A stretch of DNA of 64,000 nucleotides from Candidatus Tokpelaia sp. JSC188 (lineage in GTDB: Bacteria; Pseudomonadota; Alphaproteobacteria; Rhizobiales; Rhizobiaceae), in assembly GCA_003331065.1 (NCBI GenBank), contig QENB01000008.1, positions 20,483 through 84,482 of the forward strand, written 5' to 3'. Shown here piece after piece: positions 19,934 through 32,024 of this stretch. Made by a program: the position numbers and the translations under genes. Positions within the stretch are counted from its first letter, which is position 1, and each line of letters begins with the position of its first letter. Below the pieces are notes generated by a model. It did no database searches. It was not told the origin of the DNA and saw only the letters and a program-made list of their open reading frames with translations.

Positions 19934-20790
19934 CTGCAAACCCCCCTGAAAATAAGATGCAAACATCGAATTTACAGCTACGTATTTTGACAAGCATTCC
20001 ACTTGCTATTCTTGTGCTTGGTCTAACATGGATCGGAGAATGGCCATTCGGCGTTTTTATATTACTTATGGGAGGGGGGGTGTTTTATGAATGGAATATT
20101 CTTGTAGGATCTCCGAAAAAATTGATACAATTGATCTGCGGGTGGTTCTGTTATCTTGCTGTTAGTCTAGTGCTGCTTGCGGGTTTTTCTGTCTCCATGA
20201 TTTTTTTGGTATTGCTGGCAGGGATTTTTCTATTGATATTCTTGTATCGACAGAAGGCATATTGGATTGTCGGAGGTTTTGCTTATTCGACATTGCTTGT
20301 TGTTACATTATTTCTTTTACGAGAAAATAGCTTTGATTGCAGTATTGTTTATTTTTTATATGCCGTTGTTTGGGGAACAGATGTTGGCGCTTACTTTTTT
20401 GGCCGCGCATTTGGTGGAGCAAAACTTGTTCCTAAATTATCTCCTAATAAGACGTGGTCAGGAGCTATTGGGGGCGCAGCAATCGGTGTTCTGTGTGGAG
20501 AATGCATTGCTATTTTTATGATGCATGTTGATTTTACAGATTTTTCTGTTTTTATTCTTGCATTATTTCTTTCTTTTATTTCGCAAATCGGTGATGTTAG
20601 CGTTTCTTCTATAAAGCGTTATTTTCAAGTTAAGGATTCAGGAAATATTCTGCCTGGGCACGGTGGTATCATGGATCGAGTAGATAGTCTTATGGCTGCT
20701 TCTGTTGCCCTGTATGTAGTGAGGGCTTTTATTAGTGATTTTAGCCTAACTTCAAATTTATTTAATTTTCTGCAGAAAATCATCATATAG
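19930..20790 (+). CDS. cdsA: Phosphatidate cytidylyltransferase
   Basis: Polytopic membrane protein with the CDS signature SSIKRYFQVKDSGNILPGHGGIMDRVDS. It overlaps uppS by 4 nt. Confidence 0.9.
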   Translation: MTANPPENKMQTSNLQLRILTSIPLAILVLGLTWIGEWPFGVFILLMGGGVFYEWNILVGSPKKLIQLICGWFCYLAVSLVLLAGFSVSMIFLVLLAGIFLLIFLYRQKAYWIVGGFAYSTLLVVTLFLLRENSFDCSIVYFLYAVVWGTDVGAYFFGRAFGGAKLVPKLSPNKTWSGAIGGAAIGVLCGECIAIFMMHVDFTDFSVFILALFLSFISQIGDVSVSSIKRYFQVKDSGNILPGHGGIMDRVDSLMAASVALYVVRAFISDFSLTSNLFNFLQKIII

Positions 20791-20870
20791 ATGAATATGG
20801 ATGCCTTCCAAGACTATATTCATTGGTAGTTTTTTTGTAAGATAAACTAGGGATCTTTCGGAGTAATTGT

Positions 20871-21995
20871 TTGGAGATATTTGATTTTTCTTTAATATCG
20901 CATGATATCATTATCCGATTTTTGAGTGTGGTTAGCTCCTTGATGATAATTATTTTTGTGCATGAAATAGGACATTACCTTATTGGTAGATGGTGTGGCA
21001 TAAGTGCCTCTGTATTTTCCATTGGTTTTGGACCAGAGCTCTATCACTATATAGACAAGCGTAGCACGCGCTGGCGGATAGCCATGATTCCGTTTGGTGG
21101 TTTCGTTAAGTTTGCTGATGATTTAAACACTATAGATTCTTCGCAAGAAAAAACTTGCCTTCATGATCGAACGTTTGATCACTTTGCAGCGGCAAGTGTG
21201 TGGAAACGCTTTGCCACTGTTTTTGCTGGTCCCTTTTTCAATATTCTTTTTGCAGTCAGCATTTTGGCTGTTCTTTTTTTTTCTTTTGGGCGAACTATTA
21301 CTGTTCCAGTTATAACAGGTATTGTTCCTGATTCACCAGCAGCGCGTGCTGGGTTGTACCCAGGCGATAAATTTTTGATCATGCAAGGAACATCTGTTAC
21401 AAGTTTTGACGAAATATCTCGCTATGTTATGATCCATGCTGATGAACCAGTCCATTTTACAATAGAACGAGATAGACATCTCTTTGAAGTTACAATAACT
21501 CCAAAGATTGAGCAAACAGATGATGGGTTTAGCAATACAATTCGCGTTGGGCGCATTGGCATTATCGTCTCTAATGATGCTAAAGATAAACGAAAAGTTT
21601 CTTATAATGCTATTGAAGCAATCGGGCAAAGCATAAAGGAAAGTAGATATATTTTTCAACAGACTTGGAGTTTTCTTAATAAATTTATGCACGGAAAAGG
21701 AGATCGCTGTCAGTTAAGTGGTCCAGTGCGTAGTGTGCAAATTGCTTGGAAAGTTAGTGATTTTGGATTTTTAGCTTTATTACAGCTTACAGCTTTTTTT
21801 TCACTCAGCATTGGTTTTTTTAACCTACTCCCAATACCACCGCTTGATGGTGGACATCTGATTTTTTATCTGGCAGAAGGTACAGTGGGTTTTTTTGTCC
21901 CTCTGCGTATCCAGAAGATTCTTTTTCGTGCAGGGCTGATTCTTATTCTGCTGTTTATGATTTTTACAATATTGAATAATTATATTCCGTGTTAA
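20871..21995 (+). CDS. rseP: RIP zinc metalloprotease RseP
   Basis: HEIGHYL zinc motif, a central PDZ-like region, and the LPIPPLDGGH motif. GGAG lies upstream of the TTG start. Confidence 0.9.
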   Translation: MEIFDFSLISHDIIIRFLSVVSSLMIIIFVHEIGHYLIGRWCGISASVFSIGFGPELYHYIDKRSTRWRIAMIPFGGFVKFADDLNTIDSSQEKTCLHDRTFDHFAAASVWKRFATVFAGPFFNILFAVSILAVLFFSFGRTITVPVITGIVPDSPAARAGLYPGDKFLIMQGTSVTSFDEISRYVMIHADEPVHFTIERDRHLFEVTITPKIEQTDDGFSNTIRVGRIGIIVSNDAKDKRKVSYNAIEAIGQSIKESRYIFQQTWSFLNKFMHGKGDRCQLSGPVRSVQIAWKVSDFGFLALLQLTAFFSLSIGFFNLLPIPPLDGGHLIFYLAEGTVGFFVPLRIQKILFRAGLILILLFMIFTILNNYIPC

Positions 21996-22180
21996 TGTAT
22001 GTTCGGCAGAATATGTTGGATGTCATAGGGCCAATTTTATAGCAGAATATTTCCTATAGATAATTATCTGCTAATAATTTGAAGATCTGCTTATACAGAC
22101 AGAAGAATATAGGTTTTTAGGTCTGGGTTTTGCTGATATATTTTTGATAGATAATTTTAAATTAGGGCTTTGAGAAGCAA

Positions 22181-24586
22181 ATGACAGCAACATCAAAACT
22201 TCTTAATGCGACCTCTGCGTTAATGACAGCAACAGCGTTCGTTCTATTTTCTGTAGTAATGCTGTCATTTGGAATTGTAACAATAGCAGAAGCCGTTGTA
22301 GTGCAGACTATTAAGGTACATGGCAACAAGCGCATCAATGCTCAAAACATCCGTAATAGTATAGACATTATACCCGGAAAGGATTTTGGCAGTGCGGATA
22401 TTGATAAAGCTATCAAACGCCTTTTCGCTATGGGTCTTTTTTCTGATGTAGCTATTAACAGGATAGGCAATGTACTGATTGTTCATGTCGCTGAATATGC
22501 AGTTGTTAATAAGATTATTTTTCAAGGTAATAAGAAAATCAAGGATGCAATTCTTGAGAACGTTATCTCACTCAAGCCGCGTGAAAGTTTTGATGCAACT
22601 AAGCTAAAGGCAGATGAATATATTATTCGCGATGCCTATTCGTATATTGGACGCAATGATGTCATAGTAAAATCCAAAACGACAAATATGGGCCAAGGTC
22701 GTGTTGATGTTATTTTTCAAATATTTGAGGGTAAACGAACAAAGATTGATAAGATTATTTTTAAAGGCAACAAGGCTTTTAGTGACCGACGCCTGCGCGA
22801 TGTCATTGCTACCAAAGACACTAATGTTTTTTCATGGTTGACTCAGGGTGATCTTTACACTCAAAGTCGTCTAGCTAAAGATGAAGAGGCGCTGCGTCGT
22901 TTCTATCATAATTACGGTTATGCTGATTTCCGTATTGTTTCATCTAATGCAATTTTAAATAAGGAAAGTAGCCACTACATTGTCACTTTTGCTATTGATG
23001 AAGGGCAGCATTACAAATTCGGTGATATTCAAGTTGAAAGTACATTACCTGGAATTAATACCAAAACAATGAGTAGTCTGCTGAAGACGCGAACGGGTGA
23101 TATCTATAACATTAAAAAAATTGAAGATTCGGTTATTGCCATGAATGAGCATATTGCCGATTCGGGATATGCCTTTGCGAAAATTGAACCTATAGGGAAT
23201 CATAATTTTAATACTCGTACAATTTCAATTTCCTATAGAATTGATGAAGGTCCACGTGCTTATGTTGAGCGAATTGAGATTCACGGAAACAGCAAGACCC
23301 AAGATAATGTAATTAGGCGTGAATTTAATCTGAGTGAAGGCGATGCTTTTAACCAGACGATGGTAAAACGCGCAAAACGACGCCTCGAGGAACTAGGTTT
23401 CTTTCAGAGTATCACTATTTCTACATCACCAGGTTCTGAACCAGATAAAATTGTTCTTGTTGTTGATGTTGTTGAAAAGGCGACAGGTGAATTTTCTATT
23501 GGCGGTGGTTATACAACAGGTGGTGAGACACCTGGTGTTTCTGTAGAGGCTTCTATTACTGAACACAACCTTTTGGGCCGCGCTCAGTATTTACGTATCG
23601 GTGTTGGCATAGGGCAACAAGATTCACGAAATTATGATTTTTCCTTTACTGAACCATATCTTCTTGGTTATCAGATATCAGCGGGTTTTGACGTCTTTCA
23701 TCGTAGTTATCATGTGGAAGATGGCTATGATGTAAGACAATCTGGCGGTACATTTCGCTTTGGTATTCCGATTACAGATCAATTAACAGCAAGCCTTGGC
23801 TATAAGTATATAGAGGAAGAGTATAAACTTAATTTGTTCCGCAATCCAGACGAATCGGATGAGCAATATCGAGAACGGCTCTACGAAAAGTATTCCGGTG
23901 CGATTATCTCAGCATATGAGAATAGTCCTTGGAAGCGTTCATCAATCAATTATGGTCTTATTTATAGCTCGATTGACGATATGCAAAGTCCACGTGATGG
24001 TGTTTTTGCCCGTATTAGCCAGGAATACGCTGGTATAGGCGGTGATGCAAATTTTCTGAAAACAACAGCTAAGGCTATGCTTTACAAAACGCTTTCAGAA
24101 CAGCGCGATCTTATCGGTCTTCTTAGCGTTGGCAGCGGTTATATCCATGAGATTGGAAATGATGGCGCGCGTGTCTTTGATATGTTCAAAAGCAACTCTG
24201 ATATGATTCGAGGGTTCAGATTTAACGGTATCGGCCCAATACAATGTTCAGAAAATAAGGACAAGTATTTTCTTGGTGGTACTACCTACATGGCAGGGAC
24301 TGCTGAAGTTCAATTTCCCATGTTAATTGTACCCGATAGCCTTGGCATGCGTAGTGCGATTTTTTTGGATATGGCTACACTGTACGGTAATAATTATGAA
24401 CCCCATGATCCGCATTTGGAGGGTGCAATCGTTAATATTGCGAGCACTTGGCGCATATCTACAGGTATCAGCTTGATGTGGGCTTCCCCATTTGGGCCGT
24501 TGCGTTTCGATTACGCATGGCCAATTAAAAAGCAAAATGGTGACCGAGTTCAGAATTTTAATTTCGGTATTTCAACAAGGTTCTAA
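22181..24586 (+). CDS. bamA: Outer membrane protein assembly factor BamA
   Basis: 801 aa with a signal peptide, repeated POTRA-like units (I..I.F.GN) and a C-terminal beta-barrel ending FNFGISTRF. Confidence 0.95.
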   Translation: MTATSKLLNATSALMTATAFVLFSVVMLSFGIVTIAEAVVVQTIKVHGNKRINAQNIRNSIDIIPGKDFGSADIDKAIKRLFAMGLFSDVAINRIGNVLIVHVAEYAVVNKIIFQGNKKIKDAILENVISLKPRESFDATKLKADEYIIRDAYSYIGRNDVIVKSKTTNMGQGRVDVIFQIFEGKRTKIDKIIFKGNKAFSDRRLRDVIATKDTNVFSWLTQGDLYTQSRLAKDEEALRRFYHNYGYADFRIVSSNAILNKESSHYIVTFAIDEGQHYKFGDIQVESTLPGINTKTMSSLLKTRTGDIYNIKKIEDSVIAMNEHIADSGYAFAKIEPIGNHNFNTRTISISYRIDEGPRAYVERIEIHGNSKTQDNVIRREFNLSEGDAFNQTMVKRAKRRLEELGFFQSITISTSPGSEPDKIVLVVDVVEKATGEFSIGGGYTTGGETPGVSVEASITEHNLLGRAQYLRIGVGIGQQDSRNYDFSFTEPYLLGYQISAGFDVFHRSYHVEDGYDVRQSGGTFRFGIPITDQLTASLGYKYIEEEYKLNLFRNPDESDEQYRERLYEKYSGAIISAYENSPWKRSSINYGLIYSSIDDMQSPRDGVFARISQEYAGIGGDANFLKTTAKAMLYKTLSEQRDLIGLLSVGSGYIHEIGNDGARVFDMFKSNSDMIRGFRFNGIGPIQCSENKDKYFLGGTTYMAGTAEVQFPMLIVPDSLGMRSAIFLDMATLYGNNYEPHDPHLEGAIVNIASTWRISTGISLMWASPFGPLRFDYAWPIKKQNGDRVQNFNFGISTRF

Positions 24587-24631
24587 TAGTCTCTTTATTT
24601 CTATTCAAGCAAGAAAGAAAGTGATTTGACA

Positions 24632-25672
24632 ATGGATAGGACATTTTTTATACCATCGCGCCAAATGACGGTTGCGGAAGTTGCTGTACTTACAGGGGCT
24701 AGACTACTTCAGTCTCATTTGGCTTCTATGCCGATAGAGCGGTTATCTGCTTTGTGTAACTCAGGTCCTGGTTCCCTTACTTTTATAGAAGGGAAAAAAT
24801 ATCAAACTGATCTGAATGATTTGGTTGCTGGGGCAATTTTTTGCTCTGAGGAATTGCTTTCTAACGTTCCAGAAGATGTAGCTATTCTTGTAACGAAACA
24901 TCCACAACGGGACTTTGCGATGGTAGGACGTATTCTTTATCCTTCCTCAACTTGGCCTGCATCATTTTTAGGTGAAACAGGCATTTCACCACAAGCATAT
25001 GTTCATACTTCTGCTTATCTGGAAAAAAATGTGACCATTGAGGTCGGCGCAGTTATTGGTAAAGATGTTGAGATTGGCACTGGAACAGTTGTTTCTGCAA
25101 CGGCAGTTATTGCTGAAAATTGCAAAATAGGTCGTGATAGTTATATCGGTCCTGGTGTATCTATTCAATGTGCTTTCATTGGCGATCATGTTAAACTGCA
25201 TGCTGGTGTGCGTATCGGCCAGGATGGTTTTGGCTATATTGACGGCGATTCTGGTGTAGAAAAAGTCCCACAACTGGGCTACGTTGTTATCCAAGATCAT
25301 GTTGAGATTGGTGCCAATACGACTGTGGACCGTGGTGCTCTACGTGATACGACTATTGGCGAAGGAACAAAGATCGATAATCTTGTACAAATAGCACATA
25401 ATGTGCGAATAGGACGATTTTGTCTGATCGCAGCCCATTGCGGCATTTCTGGAAGTTGTGTTATCGGCGATATGACCCAGTTAGGTGGTCGTGTCGGTCT
25501 TGCTGATCATTTAAAAATTGGTTCAGGCGTTCAGGTTGCAGCAGCAAGCGGAGTTATGAATGATATTCCAAATGGAGAAAAATGGGGAGGAATACCAGCA
25601 CGACCATTCAAGCAATGGTTCAGAGAGGTAGCAGCGCTTCGTAGTATTGGTAAGCCGGTCAGGGAGCAATAA
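24632..25672 (+). CDS. lpxD: UDP-3-O-acylglucosamine N-acyltransferase
   Basis: Left-handed beta-helix hexapeptide repeats, in the bamA-lpxD-fabZ-lpxA context. The ATG at 24632 is preferred and the TTG at 24626 is also possible. Confidence 0.92.
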   Translation: MDRTFFIPSRQMTVAEVAVLTGARLLQSHLASMPIERLSALCNSGPGSLTFIEGKKYQTDLNDLVAGAIFCSEELLSNVPEDVAILVTKHPQRDFAMVGRILYPSSTWPASFLGETGISPQAYVHTSAYLEKNVTIEVGAVIGKDVEIGTGTVVSATAVIAENCKIGRDSYIGPGVSIQCAFIGDHVKLHAGVRIGQDGFGYIDGDSGVEKVPQLGYVVIQDHVEIGANTTVDRGALRDTTIGEGTKIDNLVQIAHNVRIGRFCLIAAHCGISGSCVIGDMTQLGGRVGLADHLKIGSGVQVAAASGVMNDIPNGEKWGGIPARPFKQWFREVAALRSIGKPVREQ

Positions 25673-25674
25673 TA

Positions 25675-26154
25675 ATGAGTCACACAAAGCAGAAAGCACA
25701 GCTCAATACAGCAGATATCCAACGAATTCTATTTACATTACCACATCGTTATCCGTTTTTATTGATTGATCGTATTATTGATATTGATGGCGATAATTCC
25801 GCGATCGGAATCAAGAATGTAACTATTAATGAACCGCATTTTTCTGGACATTTTCCCCAAAATCCTATTATGCCTGGTGTTCTAATTATTGAAGCGATGG
25901 CTCAGACAGCTGGTGCGATATGTTTATTTCAATTTGCTTCTGAACAGAAGGGCGCTGTCTATTTTATGACAATTGACAATGCAAAATTCCGTAAACCTGT
26001 TATTCCCGGTGATCAATTATTGCTCCATGTCAAAAAACTTAAACGTCGTGGTAATATTTCACGTTTTGGCTGCATAGCTGAAGTTGATGGTAACAAAGTT
26101 GCTGAAGCCGAAGTAACAGCAATGGTCAGTATTAATAAGACTAATATTGCATAA
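25675..26154 (+). CDS. fabZ: 3-hydroxyacyl-ACP dehydratase FabZ
   Basis: [13 protein letters not shown] and [22 protein letters not shown] motifs. Confidence 0.95.
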   Translation: MSHTKQKAQLNTADIQRILFTLPHRYPFLLIDRIIDIDGDNSAIGIKNVTINEPHFSGHFPQNPIMPGVLIIEAMAQTAGAICLFQFASEQKGAVYFMTIDNAKFRKPVIPGDQLLLHVKKLKRRGNISRFGCIAEVDGNKVAEAEVTAMVSINKTNIA

Positions 26155-26168
26155 GGAATAACACCTTC

Positions 26169-26987
26169 ATGAACGGAACACAGATTCACTCTACGGCCTG
26201 TGTTGAGGTCGGCGCAGAGTTAGGTGAGAATGCTATTATAGGTCCTTTTTGCTATATTGGTGCAGATGTTGTGCTTGGTGATAATTGTGAAGTCATGAGC
26301 CATGCGACAATTATCGGCGTAACGACAATTGGCTCTGGTTCAAAAATCTATCCTCATGCTGTACTTGGTGCAGATCCACAAAACAAAAAGCATAGAGGTG
26401 GTCGTACAACCTTGAAAATTGGTAAAAACTGTATTATTCGCGAAGGAGTTACCATGCATTGCGGATCAGATAGTAGTCTTGGAAGAACCATAGTTGATGA
26501 TGATTGCGTATTTTTGGCTTATGCCCATGTGGCGCATGATTGTGTTCTAGGCCATCATGTAACTTTTTCCAACAATGTTATGATTGGTGGTCATGTAGTG
26601 ATTGGTGATCATGTCATTATTGGTGGAGGTGGGGCTGTACACCAATTTGTCCATGTCGGACACCATGCATTTGTTGGTGGTCTTGCTGCTTTGACTGCTG
26701 ATCTTATTCCTTATGGTATGGCTATTGGCGTTCATGCATGGCTTGGCGGTCTCAATATTATCGGTATGAAACGCTCAGGGCTTGAGCGTAGTGAGATCCA
26801 TGCTTTGCGTCATGCTGTTTCCATGTTGTTTGACCGTAAAAAGCCAATTCGTGAGCGTATAAATGATGTGCAGATAACTTATTTGCATTCAAAAGCTGTT
26901 GCGGATATGGTTACCTTTATTAAGGCAAATAGAAAACGTTCTTTCTGCACGCCAAAAATCAATTTTGATGCTACGCTAAAGGAGTAG
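26169..26987 (+). CDS. lpxA: Acyl-ACP--UDP-N-acetylglucosamine O-acyltransferase
   Basis: Hexapeptide-repeat protein of 272 aa in the canonical position after fabZ. Confidence 0.93.
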   Translation: MNGTQIHSTACVEVGAELGENAIIGPFCYIGADVVLGDNCEVMSHATIIGVTTIGSGSKIYPHAVLGADPQNKKHRGGRTTLKIGKNCIIREGVTMHCGSDSSLGRTIVDDDCVFLAYAHVAHDCVLGHHVTFSNNVMIGGHVVIGDHVIIGGGGAVHQFVHVGHHAFVGGLAALTADLIPYGMAIGVHAWLGGLNIIGMKRSGLERSEIHALRHAVSMLFDRKKPIRERINDVQITYLHSKAVADMVTFIKANRKRSFCTPKINFDATLKE

Positions 26988-26991
26988 GATC

Positions 26992-27855
26992 ATGCAAGCC
27001 AGCCACTTAAACCAGGCAGGCAAGGAGTTATATGGCAGAACAGCCATCATTGCTGGAAACGGTACTTTACCGCTTACTATAGCCACCGTTTTGCAGAATC
27101 AAGGGAAACTTCCCTTCCTCATCATTTTGCGCAATGAATCAGATCCCAAACTATATGCGTTTGAACATTGTGAAATTTCTATTGCTGAATTTTCTATGCT
27201 CATTCGCTCATTGAAAGCGGCAAGGATAAGCAATGTCGTGCTGGCTGGAGGTATTCGAACCCGTCCATATTGGCGCGATCTATGTATTGATAGCTCTATG
27301 TTTAGGGTTTTGCCAAGAATTTTTTTTTCCTTAACCAAAGGAGATGATGCTTTGTTGCGTGCATTTATCAAACTTGTCGAAGCTTATGGTTTTCGTATTG
27401 TTGGTGCACATGAAGTAGCGCCTACGCTGCTCGCTCCTAAAAAAACTATCCTCACAAAAAAATATCCTAATAGACAAGAAAAACACAATATTGCTCTTGC
27501 ATTCGAAGCAGCTCGCCAGCTAGGTATGCTTGATATTGGGCAGGGAGCTGTTGCTGTTGGTGGACGTGTTGTGGCGTTAGAAGGGGCAGAAGGTACAGAT
27601 AATATGCTTGAACGTATCAAACAGATGCGACAAGTGGGTTCTATAGCATCAGTAGGAGGAGTGCTTGTTAAAGTTATGAAGCCAAATCAGGAAAAACGTG
27701 CAGATTTGCCAACAATTGGTCCTAAGACGGTGGAAAACGCATATCAAGCGAAGCTTTGTGGTATTGCAGTTGAGGCTGACTATACTTTTATTCTTGATCT
27801 TGAAAAAACTATAAAAGTCGCAGATCAATATGGTATGTTTATTAAGACGCTATAA
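26992..27855 (+). CDS. lpxI: UDP-2,3-diacylglucosamine pyrophosphatase LpxI (DUF1009)
   Basis: 287 aa between lpxA and lpxB, the alphaproteobacterial position of lpxI. It has the DIGQGAVAVGGRVVALEGAEGTD motif. Confidence 0.85.
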   Translation: MQASHLNQAGKELYGRTAIIAGNGTLPLTIATVLQNQGKLPFLIILRNESDPKLYAFEHCEISIAEFSMLIRSLKAARISNVVLAGGIRTRPYWRDLCIDSSMFRVLPRIFFSLTKGDDALLRAFIKLVEAYGFRIVGAHEVAPTLLAPKKTILTKKYPNRQEKHNIALAFEAARQLGMLDIGQGAVAVGGRVVALEGAEGTDNMLERIKQMRQVGSIASVGGVLVKVMKPNQEKRADLPTIGPKTVENAYQAKLCGIAVEADYTFILDLEKTIKVADQYGMFIKTL

Positions 27856-27920
27856 TTGTGAACATTTTCAGGATAGTTGCCTTTTGCTAATTTTATAGAA
27901 ACTTTGCTAAAAGATTCTTT

Positions 27921-29081
27921 ATGAAGTCTCGTTTGAAAATTGCAATAATTGCAGGAGAAGAATCTGGTGATCAACTCGGTGCAGATCTCATTTCTGCATT
28001 ACGTTGTAAGACAGGACGCAATATTGATCTTATCGGTGTCGGGGGAGTACATCTTGCTAATAATCATCTGAAAAGCTTTTTTGACCTAAATGAAATTACG
28101 CTGATGGGGCTTGGAGATGTTTTAAAACGATTGCCTCGCCTTATCTTCTTGGTTCGTAAAATCTCTGCCTTTATCGTGCGGGAAAAACCGGATTGTCTTA
28201 TTATTATTGACAGCCCTGATTTTACTCATCGTGTGGCTCGTAGGGTACGACAGCTTGATCCAAATATTCCGATTATCAAATATATTGCTCCTTCTGTATG
28301 GGCTTGGCGGTCGAAGCGCGCAAAGGCGATGCGTGCTTTCATTGATCATGTCTTAGTGATTCTACCATTTGAAGTTGTAGTGATGAGAAAGCTCCAGGGA
28401 CCACCTGCAACCTATGTTGGTCATCGACTTTTGTCTTATCCACCATTGCTGAATATTCGCCTTAAACGCATAAAAAAGCTAAATAATATAATTCAGCGAC
28501 AGACTCTTCTTCTATTGCCAGGATCACGTTACTTTGAAATCGTAAGACTTGCGCCAGTTTTTGGTGCGGTTATTAAAGAATTGGTAGAGAAATTTCCCAA
28601 ACTTATTGTTATTTTGCCAACTCTTCCGAAAATTGAAATTAAATTGCGCAAACTTATTACAGAATGGCCTATAAAACCGTTGGTTGTCGTCGGTGAAGAT
28701 AAAAAATGGGCTGCGTTTGCCAAAGCTGATGTTGCACTTGCTGCTTCTGGCACTGTTTCTCTTGAATTAGCTCTTTGCGGCATCCCGATGGTGTTAGCCT
28801 ATAAGGCAGATTGGCTTTCTAAAATATTTATTATACCGAAGATAAAGACTTGGAGTGCCGCTCTTCCCAATATCATTGCTGATGAACCAATTGTACCTGA
28901 ATATTTTAATGAATTTGTCTGTCCTGGTGCGTTAGCTCGCCAGATTGAACGTTATCTTATCCAGGGACCAGCTCGTACAGCTCAACTAGAAGGCTTTAAA
29001 AATATTGCAGATATTATGCATACTGATAAGCCATCTGGTGAACTTGCAGCTGAAGCTATCTTACCATTTTTGGAAAAATGA
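27921..29081 (+). CDS. lpxB: Lipid-A-disaccharide synthase
   Basis: KIAIIAGEESGDQLGADLI N-terminus (GT19), 386 aa. Confidence 0.93.
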   Translation: MKSRLKIAIIAGEESGDQLGADLISALRCKTGRNIDLIGVGGVHLANNHLKSFFDLNEITLMGLGDVLKRLPRLIFLVRKISAFIVREKPDCLIIIDSPDFTHRVARRVRQLDPNIPIIKYIAPSVWAWRSKRAKAMRAFIDHVLVILPFEVVVMRKLQGPPATYVGHRLLSYPPLLNIRLKRIKKLNNIIQRQTLLLLPGSRYFEIVRLAPVFGAVIKELVEKFPKLIVILPTLPKIEIKLRKLITEWPIKPLVVVGEDKKWAAFAKADVALAASGTVSLELALCGIPMVLAYKADWLSKIFIIPKIKTWSAALPNIIADEPIVPEYFNEFVCPGALARQIERYLIQGPARTAQLEGFKNIADIMHTDKPSGELAAEAILPFLEK

Positions 29082-29112
29082 AATAGAAAATTCTGTTTTA
29101 AATATTTCTCCA

Positions 29113-30405
29113 CTATTTGCGTTTTTTAATTGATACATAGGTACGTTTGACTTCTCCCGTATAAAGCTGTCGAGGACGGCCAATTTTCTGAGCTGGGTCT
29201 TCAACCATTTCTTTCCATTGAGCTACCCAACCAACGGAACGAGCGAGTGCAAAGATCACTGTAAACATTGAAGTCGGAAATCCAAGCGCTTTCAATATAA
29301 TACCTGAATAAAAATCAATATTCGGATAAAGTTTCTTCTCGATAAAGTATTTATCATGGAGTGCAATTTGTTCAAGCTCAATCGCAATATCAAGCAATGG
29401 ATCATCCTTAATGCCAAGCTCATTCAGTACCTCATGACAAGTTTGCTGCATGATGTAGGCACGTGGGTCATAATTTTTGTAAATGCGATGACCAAACCCC
29501 ATTAACCGAAATGAGTCATCCTTATCTTTAGCGCGGGCAATAAATTCAGGAATACGCTTAACAGAACCGATTTGTTCAAACATCTTTAGACAAGCCTCAT
29601 TCGCACCACCGTGGGCAGGTCCCCACAGACAAGCAATACCAGCAGCAATACAAGCAAAAGGATTAGCACCTGAAGAACCAGCAAGTCGAACAGTTGAAGT
29701 TGAAGCATTCTGCTCATGATCGGCATGCAAAATAAAAATCTTATCCATAGCTCTGGCAAGAATAGGGTTTACTTTATATTCCACGCAAGGTATAGAAAAA
29801 CACATATGTAAAAAATTTTCTGCGTAACCGAGCGAGTTTAGTGGATAAACAAATGGTTGGCCAATGCTATATTTGTAGGACATTGCAGCCAATGTTGGCA
29901 TCTTAGCAATTAAGCGAAGGGAGGCAAGCATACGCTGATGAGGATTAGTGATATCAATCGAATCATGATAAAAGGCTGACATTGCTCCAAGACAAGCAAT
30001 CATGACAGCCATCGGATGCGAATCTCGTCGGAATACATGAAAGAAGCGGGAAAACTGCTCATGTACCATATGGTGATGCTGAACACGGTAGTCAAAATCT
30101 TTTTTCTGTACCTGAGTAGGTAGTTCCCCGTGAAGAAGAAGATAGCAAACTTCAAGAAAATCTCCGTTTTCTGCTACTTCATTAATTGGATAACCACGGT
30201 AAAGCAGAATTCCCTTGTCACCATCAATATAAGTGGTACGTGATTCACATGATGCAGTGGAGATAAAACCTGGGTCATAAGTAAAAATTCCAGTTTTCTT
30301 ATAAAGCGTAGAAATTTCTGTAACATCTGGCCCAATTGTCCCTGAACGTATGGGAAGCTCTATTGTTTTGCCTTTAACTGTAATTTTAACCTTATTCTCA
30401 GACAT
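29113..30405 (-). CDS. gltA: Citrate synthase
   Basis: [14 protein letters not shown] and [14 protein letters not shown] motifs. The ATG at 30405 ([10 protein letters not shown]) is preceded by AAGGA, and the track start at 30462 is less likely. Confidence 0.95.
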   Translation of the reverse strand: MSENKVKITVKGKTIELPIRSGTIGPDVTEISTLYKKTGIFTYDPGFISTASCESRTTYIDGDKGILLYRGYPINEVAENGDFLEVCYLLLHGELPTQVQKKDFDYRVQHHHMVHEQFSRFFHVFRRDSHPMAVMIACLGAMSAFYHDSIDITNPHQRMLASLRLIAKMPTLAAMSYKYSIGQPFVYPLNSLGYAENFLHMCFSIPCVEYKVNPILARAMDKIFILHADHEQNASTSTVRLAGSSGANPFACIAAGIACLWGPAHGGANEACLKMFEQIGSVKRIPEFIARAKDKDDSFRLMGFGHRIYKNYDPRAYIMQQTCHEVLNELGIKDDPLLDIAIELEQIALHDKYFIEKKLYPNIDFYSGIILKALGFPTSMFTVIFALARSVGWVAQWKEMVEDPAQKIGRPRQLYTGEVKRTYVSIKKRK

Positions 30406-30602
30406 AAATATTCCTTTCGACTTGTACCTTATAAGCACATGCTTTATAAAAAGCGAGCTCATTTTTCATTTTGATATGTGAGGATTATTTTTTAGTATAC
30501 TTATTACAGAGGAATGTTTATCTTTGTTTGTTTTTTATCACAGTGGAATGATTTTCTATCTACTGTTCTAATTCTTTCATCACCTCCGATTGATATTGAT
30601 TT

Positions 30603-32024
30603 TTAAATAACTTGCTCACGAATGCGCGCCAAGGATTCTTCACGACCAAGAATTGTCATCACAGCAAAGACACCAAGAGATGCTGAGCAGCCGGTAAGAG
30701 CTGCTCGCAAAGGCTGGGCAATTTGGCTTAATTTCAATCCTATCTCTTTTGAATATGTACGCATTGTATTATCTAACTCCATTTCGGTCCAATTATGACA
30801 GTCTTCCAAGATCGTCAATAATCCGCCAAGTATCCGACGTCCCTTTTCATTAAGAATAGCTGTTGCTTTCTTATCAAAAGAAATCGGGCGCTTTGCGAAA
30901 ATAAACTCTGCGCCTTTAATCAATTCAACAAGAGTTTTAGCCCGTTTTTTTAACTCTGGCAAAGCATCACGAAGTTGCTGCCAATATTTTTCATTAAGCT
31001 GCGCTGCAATTTTCTTTCCATCTTCAATCTCAGGAAGAATAGAAATAACATTTTTAAGAAGGGTCTTATTATCACTTGCGCGGATATATTGACCGTTTAT
31101 TGCTTCAAGTTTCTTGAAATCAAAACGAGCAGCTCCTTTGTTGATGTCAATAATATCAAACCACTCAATCATTTTCTGCATCGACATAATTTCATCATTA
31201 CCGTGACTCCAACCTAGACGCACTAGATAATTACGCAAAGCTATCGGTAGATAGCCCATATTGCGGTACGCTTCGATACTGAGTGCACCATGCCGCTTGG
31301 AAAGTTTAGCCCCATCCAATCCATGGATAAGCGGAATATGAGCCATTACTGGAACGGTCCAGCCCATGGCATCATAAATGACAGTCTGACGGGCTGCATT
31401 GGTGAGGTGATCATCTCCGCGAATGATATGGGTAACTCCCATATCATGATCATCTACCACAACGGCAAGCATGTAGGTTGGTGTAGCATCAGAACGCAGA
31501 ATGATATAATCATCAAGATCTTTGTTTGAGAAATGAATATCGCCCTGCACTATATCGTGAAGAACTTTATGACCATCACGGGGTGATTTAATGCGAATGA
31601 CTGGTTGTATACCCGTAGGTACCTTAGTGGAGCTGCAATCGCGCCAACGACCATCGTAGCGAGGTGGTTTTCTTTCATATTTTGCTTTTTTACGCATTTC
31701 AGCAAGTTCTTCCGGAGAAGTATAACAGTAATAAGCTTTGTCTGCGGCTACCAATTCTTCAGCAATTTCACGGTGGCGATTTATTCGGCTTAATTGTGAA
31801 ATTGGATCGCCATTCCACTCAAGTTCAAGCCATGTTAGGCCATTAAGGATTGCCTGCACTGATTCTTCTGTTGAACGTTTTTGATCGGTATCTTCAATAC
31901 GCAGCAACATTTTGCCACCGGTATGTTTAGCATAAAGCCAATTAAAAAGGGCAGTACGAGCTCCTCCGATATGCAGAAAACCAGTAGGTGAAGGAGAAAA
32001 ACGGGTAATAACAGACTGCGACAT
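30603..32024 (-). CDS. gltX: Glutamate--tRNA ligase
   Basis: HIGH motif ([14 protein letters not shown]) and KMSKS variant (KLSKR), 473 aa. Confidence 0.95.
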   Translation of the reverse strand: MSQSVITRFSPSPTGFLHIGGARTALFNWLYAKHTGGKMLLRIEDTDQKRSTEESVQAILNGLTWLELEWNGDPISQLSRINRHREIAEELVAADKAYYCYTSPEELAEMRKKAKYERKPPRYDGRWRDCSSTKVPTGIQPVIRIKSPRDGHKVLHDIVQGDIHFSNKDLDDYIILRSDATPTYMLAVVVDDHDMGVTHIIRGDDHLTNAARQTVIYDAMGWTVPVMAHIPLIHGLDGAKLSKRHGALSIEAYRNMGYLPIALRNYLVRLGWSHGNDEIMSMQKMIEWFDIIDINKGAARFDFKKLEAINGQYIRASDNKTLLKNVISILPEIEDGKKIAAQLNEKYWQQLRDALPELKKRAKTLVELIKGAEFIFAKRPISFDKKATAILNEKGRRILGGLLTILEDCHNWTEMELDNTMRTYSKEIGLKLSQIAQPLRAALTGCSASLGVFAVMTILGREESLARIREQVI

